A stretch of 64,000 nt of DNA from Amphiscolops sp. MND2022 (Eukaryota): NCBI GenBank assembly GCA_964187785.1, contig OZ076413.1:48610001-48674000 (forward strand). Direction: 5' to 3'. The translations under genes and the position numbers were made by a program. Positions within the stretch are counted from its first letter, which is position 1. Each line of letters opens with the position of its first letter. This document shows positions 11,104 through 23,600 of the stretch, in pieces. The notes beneath the pieces are model-generated. The model did no database searches. It was not told where the DNA came from and saw only the letters and a list, made by a program, of their open reading frames with translations.

Positions 11104-13250
11104 TTATTTAAAGACAAAGGGAGAGGAATGTTACTCTTTTTGAGAGATGATCTTGACTACCGTCCCATTGACACAAGCAGCAAAATTGACGAGTTACTCT
11201 ATATCTCTATCAAACTACAAATGGAAACATTGTTCCTGGCATCTGTTTACCGTGGTCCAAACTCCTCTACCGAAAATAATATCATGATCAACGACTTTAT
11301 CAGGCAAGAATCACAGAGAAGCAATTTCCTGATGATCAGGGATCTCAATCTTCCAAAAATAGATTGGGAATCCAACACCTCCAACACAGTAGTAGGAAGC
11401 AAGGAGAACAACTTTCTTGATGCTTTAGCTGATTTTTACCTGACACAGCACATATCCTGGGCGGGTGGCTGTAAATAGGTCCAATTTTTCTGGTCGAAAG
11501 GACAGACCTTTTTCTGGTCGAACCTTTTGATCGAATTGCAGGGATCAAAAGAATGCGGTCGAATTTTATCGTATTTGTTGTATGGCTCGGTCGCTTCGCT
11601 CCCTTCGCCGAGTAGCAACATTGAGGCATGGCCATATGGCACGTCGCTCCGCTTCGCTTCGCTCCTGCATTTAGGGCACTAGTGGTATGTGAACATATCT
11701 GACTACGTTATAAAAATTTCGATCCGAGTTGTTTCGATCCCATTCAAAAAATTTGGTATGTCGACATGAGGACTAACTCTGATTTTCGATCCCGTTCCTT
11801 CGACCTACTTCCGCCCACCCATCCTGGGCGACGATAAACCATCACTAGTTGATTTAGTCATCGCAGACACATCAACACCTGTGGAAGAGATTGAACACTT
11901 ACCGCCACTCGGTGATGGTGATCATGCACTACTGCAGGTGAAAGTCTCGTTCGAGGTAGTCTCTCATGTGATGAAACGTCTCAACTTCAGAAAAGCAAAC
12001 TTCGACGCGATGAGATCATTCTTGAGAGGAACAATCATCCCGGCTGAGCTAGATGTCAATGAGAAATGGCTTTTCCTAAAAAGTAAAATCACTGAAGCTG
12101 TGAAAAAATTCATCCCGGAATTGAACATTAAGTCGAACAAAAATAGACGATATACCGCTAACAGGGACATACTGGAGCAAGTGAGAAAGAAAAAACGACT
12201 CCGGGAGACAACAGAGGGTAGTAGTCAATGGCACATTCTCAACCTGGCAGAATGGTACAAGCGGGATACCTCAAGGATCAGTATTCGGTTCAGTGTTGTT
12301 CACGATCTTCATAAATTCTATGCCGGAAGCTGCGGAGTCAGAACTTTGCCTGTTTGCCGATGACGCAAAGCTCTACAGGGAAATACACTCAGACGCAGAT
12401 CAGAAAATACTCGAAGATGACCTCCGAAAGCTGGGAAGCTGGTCGAGTAGCAGTTTACTTCAATTCAATGAGAAAAAATGCGTGAAAATGACCCTCACAA
12501 CGAAGAAAGACTCCACTGAAAGACATTACTTTATGAACACAACAAAGATGTTGGAAAAAGTTAGATGTGAAAAAGACTTGGGTGTACTAACTGATCACAA
12601 ACTAAATTTTGACTTGCATATCGCTGAAAAAATAAAGAAGGCGAATTCAATGCTTGCTATTATCAAAAAATGTTTCATGAAATTGAACTGCCAATCACTG
12701 AGTGTACTAATTAAGACGCTTGTCAGACCCCACTTGGAAAATTGTAACCAAGCATGGCATCCACATTTCCAAAAACACAGAAGTAACCTCGAAAATGCCC
12801 ACAGACGAGCGACAAGACTCATCCCTTCTCTCGCTTCCCTCCCTTATGAACAAAGATTAATGAAACTAGACCTACCCACCCTGGACTTCAAGAGGAAACG
12901 GGGCAGGATGATTGAAGTTTACAAGATACTCAATGGAGTGTATGATAAGAGAGTCACTGGAGGGATGCTGATGGAAAATGACAGAATCACAAGAGGAAAT
13001 CAAAGAAAACTTGTGGTGCAGCCATCGAGAACATCAACAAGAGGAAATTTTTCACTGTAAGAGCAGCCAATGACTGGAATAGCCTACCAGATGATGTCAC
13101 GTCGACAGGAACCCTTGACGTTTTTAAAGCGAAATTGGACAACACCTGGAGAAATTTGAAATACGAATTGACGATGGAAGGGGAACCCAAACAGCAATGA
13201 GCCAATCACCAAAGGCTTCGGCCTTAGATTGTGAAACATCTCTTCTTTTC
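11104..13250 (+). mobile_element. CR1/L2-group LINE fragment (partial APE endonuclease plus RT C-terminal half; internal deletion near 12200)
   Basis: Endonuclease motifs SVYRGPNS, DLNLPKIDW and DLV..PPLGDGDH. RT motifs GIPQGSV, LFADDAKLY, EKDLGV and TLVRPHLE. Absent from the 3' LTR. Confidence 0.9.
11463..11820. mobile_element. MITE, Mutator-like (9-bp TSD)
   Basis: TSD ATCCTGGGC (11454-11462, 11821-11829). Imperfect TIRs GGGTGGCTGTAAATAGGTC / GGGTGGGCGGAAGTAGGTC. Confidence 0.85.
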
Positions 13251-13542
13251 TAAAACATAATGATAACACGGTCAATTTCAACAACCACGAAATACCGCAC
13301 GTCGCAAACTTATTATTAGGAAATGAATCTCAAAAAGGAACACTAAAATTGACTAAGCAAGTTCTTTGATAAACAAAACTAAATCCCAGTGGAAATTCTA
13401 CTCAAACACCAATTTGAGAATAAGGATGCGACTTGAAATTTTAATACTTCTGTTAACAATAAAACACTTATTGGGTAACTTCAAATAAACTACAAAGTTG
13501 CCGCAATTCATTAGGCCGCTTTCACCGACGCATTTATGCCAT

Positions 13543-13972
13543 GGGTGACCCGAAACAGGTCGAAAACGATAGACAAAATAGCGGTCGAAGGAATCTCCGA
13601 AGTAAACTTGTCAACGAAAATGAGATCGAATAAATGTTTTCAAACACCTAGCGTTTTCAATATTACTTTTGGCGTCGGATATGCCCCCATTTCTTCTTGT
13701 GCCCCGCGGCCCCTTGGGCCGCTTATGTTCCCATCTTGCTAAGCGAGGTCGAACAGGAGGAAAGACCTAGCGGGAACGGAGATCGCGAAGCGATCGTAGT
13801 GGGAGCTGGTCTTTGCGATGGTGAGGGCGAGCGTGCATACACCGTATATGACCCTATATTGGGTGGACAAAAGTACCTAAAAAGTTTTAAACGCTTTGAA
13901 ACGCAGGATTTTTTGACCTTTTTCGATCAGATTTTTTTTCGACTTGTGTTTTTGACCTGTTTCGTGGCATCT
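13543..13972. mobile_element. MITE, Mutator-like (9-bp TSD)
   Basis: TSD TTATGCCAT (13534-13542, 13973-13981). TIR core CGAAACAGGTC(G/A)AAAAC. Empty site in the 3' LTR at about 29740. Confidence 0.85.
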
Positions 13973-14054
13973 TTATGCCATAAGTTACCCGCAATTAACA
14001 CACTAAGTAAACAAGTAGCCTAATCAGCTTACTTGTGCTGATCATTGAATACCG

Positions 14055-14220
14055 TCGCGTCTACGTCACTCTCTCAATAAGAATGGAAGAATAGCTAACG
14101 TCGCTTTTACGTCACGCTCGTGCTGCTCATCCAATAAGGATGGACTAGTAGCCTACGTCACAACTACGTCACTGTTGTACTAGCCCAAATACAACATGCT
14201 ACGTCAACGTTACGTCAAAC
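14055..14220 (+). promoter_or_regulatory. Cluster of TACGTCA (CRE/ATF-like) and CAAT motifs in the LTR
   Basis: Six TACGTCA copies within about 160 bp plus TCAATAAG and CCAATAAG. The cluster is conserved at about 29825-29990. Confidence 0.45.
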
Positions 14221-15272
14221 GAAAATGTATTCACTAACAGGTTCCATAAACGATGCGTACGCGTAATTATGTATAAATAACAAACTTATTCCTTAGGACT
14301 TTTTGAATCACTCCAAAAGTGCTCCGAAAGATTCATTACATGTTGTTCACAAAATAATCAAGGTCACAGTCTCGTGATAACTAATACTGCAAAACTCAAT
14401 ACCCCGGCAATTTATAAGGATCCAAAAACCTAATCATCGCTTTGAAGTTTAATATATGTTGAATTAATGTTGTGTTGAATTTGTTATTCGTTGCATTGAA
14501 CCTATTTTCTTGAGAGATTGACCTGTTAAGGGAAGACGTCTCGTTAACGTTGCAATATTAGTGAAGTTTAAAAGAAACTGCAAGTCATGCGTGCGTCAGA
14601 ATAGTGTTTTGTTTTCTTGTAATTTATATAATCTCAATCATCAATGAGTGTGTTAAAGTGCAAATCAACTTGTCGAAAATGAAAACTTCACTTTCTCTTA
14701 GTATCGAACAAAAGGAAATAACAGATAAGAAAATCCTCCGTCATTTTCATGAGTACTTTCTTCCACTAGTATTGACCATTGTGTTCACGCAACTTTAACG
14801 GTTCTGAATTTTCCCCGCCATTTCACGGTTAAGTTGGGTTGTTTCAGCGATAATAAAAAATCAAAAAGAAACACACTTCCGGTTTAGCTACCCTTTCCCA
14901 CAAAATTTCATCCTTTTGAGGAACTTCCCGTATCCATGACAGGAAATTTGTTGCGATCAGGACGCTACTTGTGAAAAATTTTGAGATTGTGCTTTTTTTC
15001 CCGGATGTGACGAACATCAGGCGTTCCATCGGGAACGCCCACATGAACGGATGATGCTAGGAAGGTATATATAATATATATGTAGGTATATATGTAGGAA
15101 AAAGAGAAGATTGCATTTAATCTTACCACTTTTCCAGATCTTGTGAAAAGTTTGCTCTAACTTTTGTATTACTGTCATTTGGATTTCTTGAAGTTTGTAA
15201 TTGCAACTTTCATAGAATTTTCAATTGATTAATTGTTGTTCAGCAAAATTTCTCGAAACGTCCTAAGAATTC

Positions 15273-17580
15273 ATGTCTACCAGAAGCCAGAAGAGGCGAG
15301 CCGTGAGCCAGGAAGAAGAAGCATCAGAGTGTATGGTTCGACACCCCCCCCCGAGAGTTTTCAGTACTGAGTTTAGGAGAGTTGTTGATAAGCTGTTCCT
15401 TCCACGTCAGCAGATGAAAATGCGTCCCGAATCCTCAGTCAACTTGAGAACCTAAAATCTTCCGTAAGAAGAGATTACTGAAGAGATACAACTTTGTTTG
15501 CTCAATCTTAGAATCTCAGAATGCAATCATACAAGCTCTTAGACCAGTGAATAGGGTTGATACCGAGACGATTAACTTAGACCCAGAAATTACCCCAATT
15601 AGAATACGCTCTTTACCTAGCAAGACTCTACGCTTTAACGACGTCGAAAATCTTGACCCCAGCTGTTCTCGTAACATGATGACAGGAGACCCTAACGACC
15701 CTACTCACACCAACAAAAGAAAACAAAAACCGCACACAAAGCCAATATCCAGCAAAAGAACGTCCAAATGTCACCAAAGCACTATTCAGCACATCAAGTC
15801 ATTTGGACGTCAACAATGCATTCCTCATGCCCAAGGCCCTCACAACTTCACCACCAACTTTCGACGGTAAGTGCGAAAAATTCGAATTATTTGAAGATCT
15901 TTTTCGGAACAACCTTAAAATGTATCACTTCTCACTGAAATACAAAAGATAAACTACTTCCGCTCCCTGCTACGAGGCGAAGCATTACAAGCTTTCCACA
16001 ACCTTGACGACACTAAAAAAATAGCTTAGAAGACAAAAGAACGACCTTCAAACGCCGACTTGGAGACTACTTACCAGTGGGAAAAGCCCGTTGTGAATGG
16101 GACACACTTAAAGTCGACCCATCCACCCAAAAACTACACGAATTCCTCGATGCATTACAAAAAACAGCGAAAGAAGCGTTTAGAGCTGAAGCCCAACAAT
16201 TCATCGACAAGACATTATATGCAAAAATGCCTGACCATGTGAAAAGATACTCAATCGCGCATACCTAGAGGACAAAACTTACAACGACATCTTTCTCCAC
16301 CTCGGAAGAGAAATGAGATTCAACGGTCTAGGTCCTCCTGACGACGTCACCTTAGTCCCACTAAACCGCATTGAAACAACAACGACACAAACTACGAAAA
16401 GCGAACCAAAACGAGGCTTTCGTTTCTACTGCAACAAATATGGACATTAAAGAGCCCATTGCCCAAAGCTAAAAGGGACAAAAGACAAGAAACGAGAAGA
16501 CAAAATGGACAAATCAATACAAACCGACCACCCAAAACAAAATGCGAAACCTGCGGGAAATCCCATAAAACAGAGGATTGCTGGAATGGCGCCAACGACC
16601 CTCGCCCCAAACGACAAAACGCTGCACCCCCGAAAGCTGACAAAACCACCAGCATCACTACAACCGAAGAGACAAAAACTCAAATTACCGCGACTACGAT
16701 TCGGGGACAATGTAGACGTGAGGGCATACTCAATCGAAGACCCCCGACAAAATACAATCACGACTCGAGCCAAAACTGCAGCGGACACCCAACACAAGAT
16801 TGGCAAAGAAGACGGGAAATAGCAGCAATCAAAAAGTACAATTCCAGACACTCTGACCAAAAAGAATACCCATCATGGATAACAGAAGCACAGGACAAAT
16901 ACATGACAACTAAACGTCCCCTTCCCCCGACACCGGAACATGATGACGACCAAGAAACTAAAAGACTAAAACTCGTACCACCGAGTACTCCAAATACAAA
17001 TACTCAACACCAATATGACGTCCAAGTCACAACTGAAAGCTTTGCTCAAACAACAACAATTGACCAACAATACCCTAGCGACATTGACCTTCCAGCATCA
17101 CTCAATTCCATTAAAGAATTTATCATCCACAAGGACAACAACAGCTATATACCATTAATGTCCACGATTCCCCTCAAAAAGAGGAGACGCATGCTCTATC
17201 TCCCACTAGAATTTGGAGAAATAACAATTGACGGCCTAGTAGACTGAGGTGCGTACATGAACGCCATATCATGGTCAAACTATATCATGATCAAAAACAA
17301 CACCAGAAAATGCATGATAAAAGAGTACCCCAACCTCCTTTCCGAATCGAGTGAGCAAATGCGCAAATAGAACAACCGATCGCAACAGCAGACGTACAAT
17401 TCAACATCGGAACGTACACCTTCACAGATACATTCGTTGTACTGTCCCGCACATCATTCCCTATAAAAGGACTGTTTCATGAGAAATCACCAAGCACTGC
17501 TCGACACAGCAAACGGCACCACAACGTTCCCACATGTGGAAATGACGCTAGCCATGAAGGACGAAATGAAAAAATGCAAT
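15273..17580 (+). pseudogene. Gypsy gag and protease, copy 1 (frameshifted)
   Basis: Motifs LPTFDGK.EKFELFEDLF, KINYFRSLLRG, zinc knuckle CETCGKSHKTEDC and protease IDGLVD*GA. The reading frame begins inside the LTR. Confidence 0.85.
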
Positions 17581-20500
17581 CTTCCGTAAGAAAAGAGATT
17601 ACTGAAGAGATACAACTTTTTTTGCTCAATCTTAGAATCTCAGAATGCAATCATACAAGCTCTTAGACCAGTGAATAGGGTTGATACCGAGACGATTAAC
17701 TTAGACCCAGAAATTACCCGAATTAGAATACGCTCTTCACCTAACAAGACTCTACGCTTTAACGACGTCGAAAATCTTGACCCCAGCTGTTCTCGTAACA
17801 TGGTGACAGGAGTCCCTAACGACCCTACTCACACCAACAAAAGAAAACAAAAACCGCACACAAAGCCAATATCCAGCAAAAGAACGTCCAAATGTCACCA
17901 AAGCACTATTCAGCACATCAAGTCATTTGGACGTCAACAATGCATTCCTCATGCCCAAGGCCCTCACAACTTCACCACCAACTTTCGACGGTAAGTACGA
18001 AAAATTCGAATTATTTGAAGATCTTTTTCGGAACAACCTTAAAATGTATCACTTCTCACTGAAATACAAAAGATAAACTACTTCCGCTCCCTGCTACGAG
18101 GCGAAGCATTACCAGCTTTCCACAACCTTGACGACACTAAAAAAATAGCTTAGAAGACAAAAGAACGACATTCAAACGCCAACTTGGAGACTACTTATCA
18201 GTGGGAAAAGCCCGTTGTGAATGGGACACACTTAAAGTCGACCCATCCACCCAAAAACTACACGAATTCCTCGATGCATTACAAAAAACAGCGAAAGAAG
18301 CGTTTAGAGCTGAAGCCCAACAATTCATCGACAAGACATTATATGCAAAAATGCCTGACCATGTGAAAAGATACTCAATCGCGCATACCTAGAGGACAAA
18401 ACTTACAACGACATCTTTCTCCACCTCGGAAGAGAAATGAGATTCAACGGTCTAGGTCCTCCTGACGACGTCACCTTAGTCCCACTAAACCGCATTGAAA
18501 CAACAACGACACAAACTACGAAAAGCGAACCAAAACGAGGCTTTCGTTTCTACTGCAACAAATATGGACATTAAAGAGCCCATTGCCCAAAGCTAAAAGG
18601 GACAAATCACAAGAAACGAGAAGACAAAATGGACAAATCAATACAAACCGACCACCCAAAACAAAATGCGAAACCTGCGGGAAATCTCATAAAACAGAGG
18701 ATTGCTGGAATGGCGCCAACGACCCTCGCCCCAAACGACAAAACGCTGCACCCCCGAAAGCTGACAAAACCACGAGCATCACTACAACCGAAGAGACAAA
18801 AAACTCAAATTGCCGCGACTACGATTCGGGGACAATGTAGACGTGAGGGCATACTCAATCGAAGACCCCCGACACAATACAATCACGACTCGAGCCAAAA
18901 CTGCAGCGGACACCCAACACAAGATTGGCAAAGAAGACGGGAAATAGCAGCAATCAAAAAGTACAATTCCAGACACTCTGACCAAAAAGAATACCATCAT
19001 GGATAACAGAAGCACAGGACAAATACATGACAACTAAACGTCCCCTTCCCCCGACACCGGAACATGATGACGACCAAGAAACTAAGAGACTAAAACTCGT
19101 ACCACCGAGTACTCCAAATACAAATACTCAACACCAATATGACGTCCAAGTCACAACTGAAAACTTTGCTCAAACAACAACAATTGACCAACAATACCCT
19201 AGCGACATTGACCTTCCAGCATCACTCAATTCCATAAAAGAATTTATCATCCACAAGGACAACAACAGCTATATACCAAATAATGTCCACGATTCCCCTC
19301 AAAAAGAGGAGACGCATGCTCTATCTCCCACTAGAATTTGGAGAAATAACAATTGACGGCCTAGTAGACTGATGTGCGTACATCAACGCCAAATCATGGT
19401 CAGACTATATCATGATCAAAAACAACACCAGAAAATGCATGATAAAAGAGTACCCCCAACCTCCTTTCCGAATCGAGTGAGCAAATGCGCAAATAGAACA
19501 ACCGATCGCAACAGCAGACGTACAATTCAACATCGGAACGTACACCTTCACAGATACATTCGTTGTACACTCTCAGACGAAGCCCAGCACCTAATAGGGA
19601 AGAAACTATTCTGCAAACTTCATTGGTCTCAAGCACACCATTGCCTCCAAATGGCCGACCAGCGATCAGTCGAACTCTTGGCGTTCAACTTCGCAAGTAA
19701 AACCTTCGGCTATAAGCGACTAGCGCAAGGACTCAGCAGAGCCCTTCCAGCATTCTCCAGTTTCATGAGGGATTACCTGGATAAAGAAATAAAAGCAGAC
19801 CAATGTGCCCAATACGTTGACGACATTGGCATCGCAGTCAACTCAGTCGCTCAGTTAATACACAACATCGGAGCGGTTTTTGAGTGCATACGCAATGCAG
19901 GCCTGAAACTAACAATAGAATAATTCCACTTTGGAGTAATCGAAGAAGAATTCTTTGAAGAACAATCATTCCCCTTGGAACAGCCCCTCAAGACCACGAA
20001 ATCAAGAAATTCCTTGCCAACGTCCGCTTCCCGAAAACACAAAAACACGTCCAACGATACATTGGATTCATCAACTATTATCGGAACTATATACCGAGGC
20101 TATCAGAAAAATTGAGGCGATTCTACGAACTTCCTAAAATTGAAACACAGCTAACAGTCACAGAAGAACTACTAGATGAGTACAAGGCGATCAACACAGC
20201 ACTAGCAGACGCCTGTGGACTAGCACTTAAACAGCCTATCACAGGATGCCAATACGTCATCATGGCAGATGCCAGCTTCAGAACATCAGGATACGCACTA
20301 ATGATAGAAGAACAAGATGGGAAAAAATTACCTTCCAAAAAGAAAACCTTTGCCTCAGTAGCGTTCGATTCAAAAGTTTTCTCGCACAACTCAAAATGTC
20401 TATATACTGCAAACAATTCCTGGCAGTTTATCATGCATTCCTCGAGTGTAGCCATAGACTATGGGACTCCCTACTACCCACATTAGTCTTGACGGACAAC

Positions 20501-20612
20501 AGATCTGTCACCAGATTTTCCCAAACAAAAGCAATACCACCAATTTTATGGAACGCCTGCGATTATGTCCTCCATTTCAACTTTAGAATCACACACGTAG
20601 CAGGAACGCTCA
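17577..20612 (+). repeat. Internal duplication within the Gypsy element (LTR end, gag, part of protease, then a jump to RT/RNase H)
   Basis: 17577-19568 repeats about 15457-17452, and 19567-20612 repeats about 22606-23651. 20620 onward restarts at a position equivalent to about 18655. Confidence 0.9.
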
Positions 20613-20619
20613 TCAACAA

Positions 20620-23600
20620 CCCAAAACAAAATGCGAAACCTGCGGGAAATCTCATAAAACAGAGGATTGCTGGAATGGCGCCAACGACCCTCGCTCCAAA
20701 CGACAAAACGCTGCACCCCCGAAAGCTGACAAAACCACGAGCATCACTACAACCGAAGAGACAAAAAACTCAAATTGCCGCGACTACGATTCGGGGACAA
20801 TGTAGACGTGAGGGCATACTCAATCGAAGACCCCCGACACAATACAATCACGACTCGAGCCAAAACTGCAGCGGACACCCAACACAAGATTGGCAAAGAA
20901 GACGGGAAATAGCAGCAATCAAAAAGTACAATTCCAGACACTCTGACCAAAAAGAATACCATCATGGATAACAGAAGCACAGGACAAATACATGACAACT
21001 AAACGTCCCCTTCCCCCGACACCGGAACATGATGACGACCAAGAAACTAAGAGACTAAAACTCGTACCACCGAGTACTCCAAATACAAATACTCAACACC
21101 AATATGACGTCCAAGTCACAACTGAAAACTTTGCTCAAACAACAACAATTGACCAACAATACCCTAGCGACATTGACCTTCCAGCATCACTCAATTCCAT
21201 AAAAGAATTTATCATCCACAAGGACAACAACAGCTATATACCATTAATGTCCACGATTCCCCTCAAAAAGAGGAGACGCATGCTCTATCTCCCACTAGAA
21301 TTTGGAGAAATAACAATTGACTGCCTAGTAGACTGATGTGCGTACATCAACGCCAAATCATGGTCAGACTATATCATGATCAAAAACAACACCAGAAAAT
21401 GCATGATAAAAGAGTACCCCCAACCTCCTTTCCGAATCGAGTGAGCAAATGCGCAAATAGAACAACCGATCGCAACAGCAGACGTACAATTCAACATCGG
21501 AACGTACACCTTCACAGATACATTCGTTGTACTGTCCCGCACATCATTCCCTATAAAAGGACTCAATTTCATGAGAAATCACCAAGCACTGCTCGACACA
21601 GCAAACGGCACCACAACGTTCCCACATGTGGAAATGACGCTAGCCATGAAGGACGAAATGAAAAAATGCAATCCTCAAACCATCCAAATAAGGACCATCG
21701 GAACACAGACGGTACCAGCACAAAAAACTCTAACCATCAATGCCGTAGCTATAACCAATATTGATCACCCTATCACAGGCACAATACAACCACAACACCA
21801 ATTTGACGAAGATGCCCAAATCATAGTGGCTCCCGCACTAGCCACTGCTGATAACAAAAAAAATCCTAATAAGAGTCGTGAACACTACGGACACCCCTAC
21901 ACGATACCCACCAACACAAAAAGTGCTGAACTACAAATAGTCAAACCAGATGTCACAAAAAACATACGTCCAAAAGATGTCGCAGCACTCAACTTACTAG
22001 AAGACCCCAACGACACAATCACGTATGTAAATGAACTAAAGAAAACTAATCCTGACCCTTCTGAAATAGACCGATTCTGGTTCCGGACTCCAGAGAACCC
22101 TGGAAACGAAACCGAACATACGCGCATCAAAAAACGCATGCTCAAAGGAATCAGGAAATTAGAACAAAACGAAAACTTAAACCCCACTAAAGACAGTGAG
22201 CCTCGCGAACTTTTCCTCAGCATGTTGCAATGGGAAAACTCCCTCTTCCAAGGAGAAGAAAAACAACAACTTGAAGACGTAATAATAGAACACAACGACA
22301 ATTTTGTACGTCACCGCTTTGACATAGGCATAAACAATGATTTCAAAGTGAAGATAACACCAAAGAATGAGAACCCAGTATACACGCAAAGTCTACCCGT
22401 GCCAGTCAACCTAAAAGAAGACCTAACAGTTGAACAAGCCTTAATGTATAGATATGGGATCATAACGACACTACCATTCTCCAAGTACGCAAGTCCCATC
22501 TTCCCACAACGCAAACCTAACGGCAAACTGCGTCTCCTTGTAGATCTCAGGAAAACAAACGCATTGATATCATACCACTACATAAACAATAACCGTCCCA
22601 TAAGCACACTCTCAGACGAAGCCCAGCACCTAATAGGGAAGAAACTATTCTGCAAACTTCATTGGTCTCAAGCACACCATTGCCTCCAAATGGCCGACCA
22701 GCGATCAGTCGAACTCTTGGCGTTCAACTTCGCAAGTAAAACCTTCGGCTATAAGCGACTAGCGCAAGGACTCAGCAGAGCCCTTCCAGCATTCTCCAGT
22801 TTCATGAGGGATTACCTGGATAAAGAAATAAAAGCAGACCAATGTGCCCAATACGTTGACGACATTGGCATCGCAGTCAACTCAGTCGCTCAGTTAATAC
22901 ACAACATCGGAGCGGTTTTTGAGTGCATACGCAATGCAGGCCTGAAACTAACAATAGAATAATTCCACTTTGGAGTAATCGAAGAAGAATTCTTTGAAGA
23001 ACAATCATTCCCCTTGGAACAGCCCCTCAAGACCACGAAATCAAGAAATTCCTTGCCAACGTCCGCTTCCCGAAAACACAAAAACACGTCCAACGATACA
23101 TTGGATTCATCAACTATTATCGGAACTATATACCGAGGCTATCAGAAAAATTGAGGCGATTCTACGAACTTCCTAAAATTGAAACACAGCTAACAGTCAC
23201 AGAAGAACTACTAGATGAGTACAAGGCGATCAACACAGCACTAGCAGACGCCTGTGGACTAGCACTTAAACAGCCTATCACAGGATGCCAATACGTCATC
23301 ATGGCAGATGCCAGCTTCAGAACATCAGGATACGCACTAATGATAGAAGAACAAGATGGGAAAAAATTACCTTCCAAAAAGAAAACCTTTGCCTCAGTAG
23401 CGTTCGATTCAAAAGTTTTCTCGCACAACTCAAAATGTCTATATACTGCAAACAATTCCTGGCAGTTTATCATGCATTCCTCGAGTGTAGCCATAGACTA
23501 TGGGACTCCCTACTACCCACATTAGTCTTGACGGACAACAGATTTGTCACCAGATTTTCCCAAACAAAAGCAATACCACCAATTTTATGGAACGCCTGCG

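Larger units (their letters stand above)
10906..15676 (+). repeat. 5' LTR, interrupted by a CR1-like LINE and a MITE
   Basis: Collinear with 29263-31408 once 11104-13250 and 13543-13972 are removed. The two LTRs show many substitutions. Confidence 0.9.

Noticed and set aside
14040..14270. CRISPR-like or satellite array
   Set aside because: The repeats are 7-mers with irregular spacing in eukaryotic LTR sequence.
15064..15137. Possible sense-strand intron in the LTR (AG|GTATAT...TTTTCCAG)
   Set aside because: A single weak donor/acceptor pair could occur by chance; it needs transcript data.
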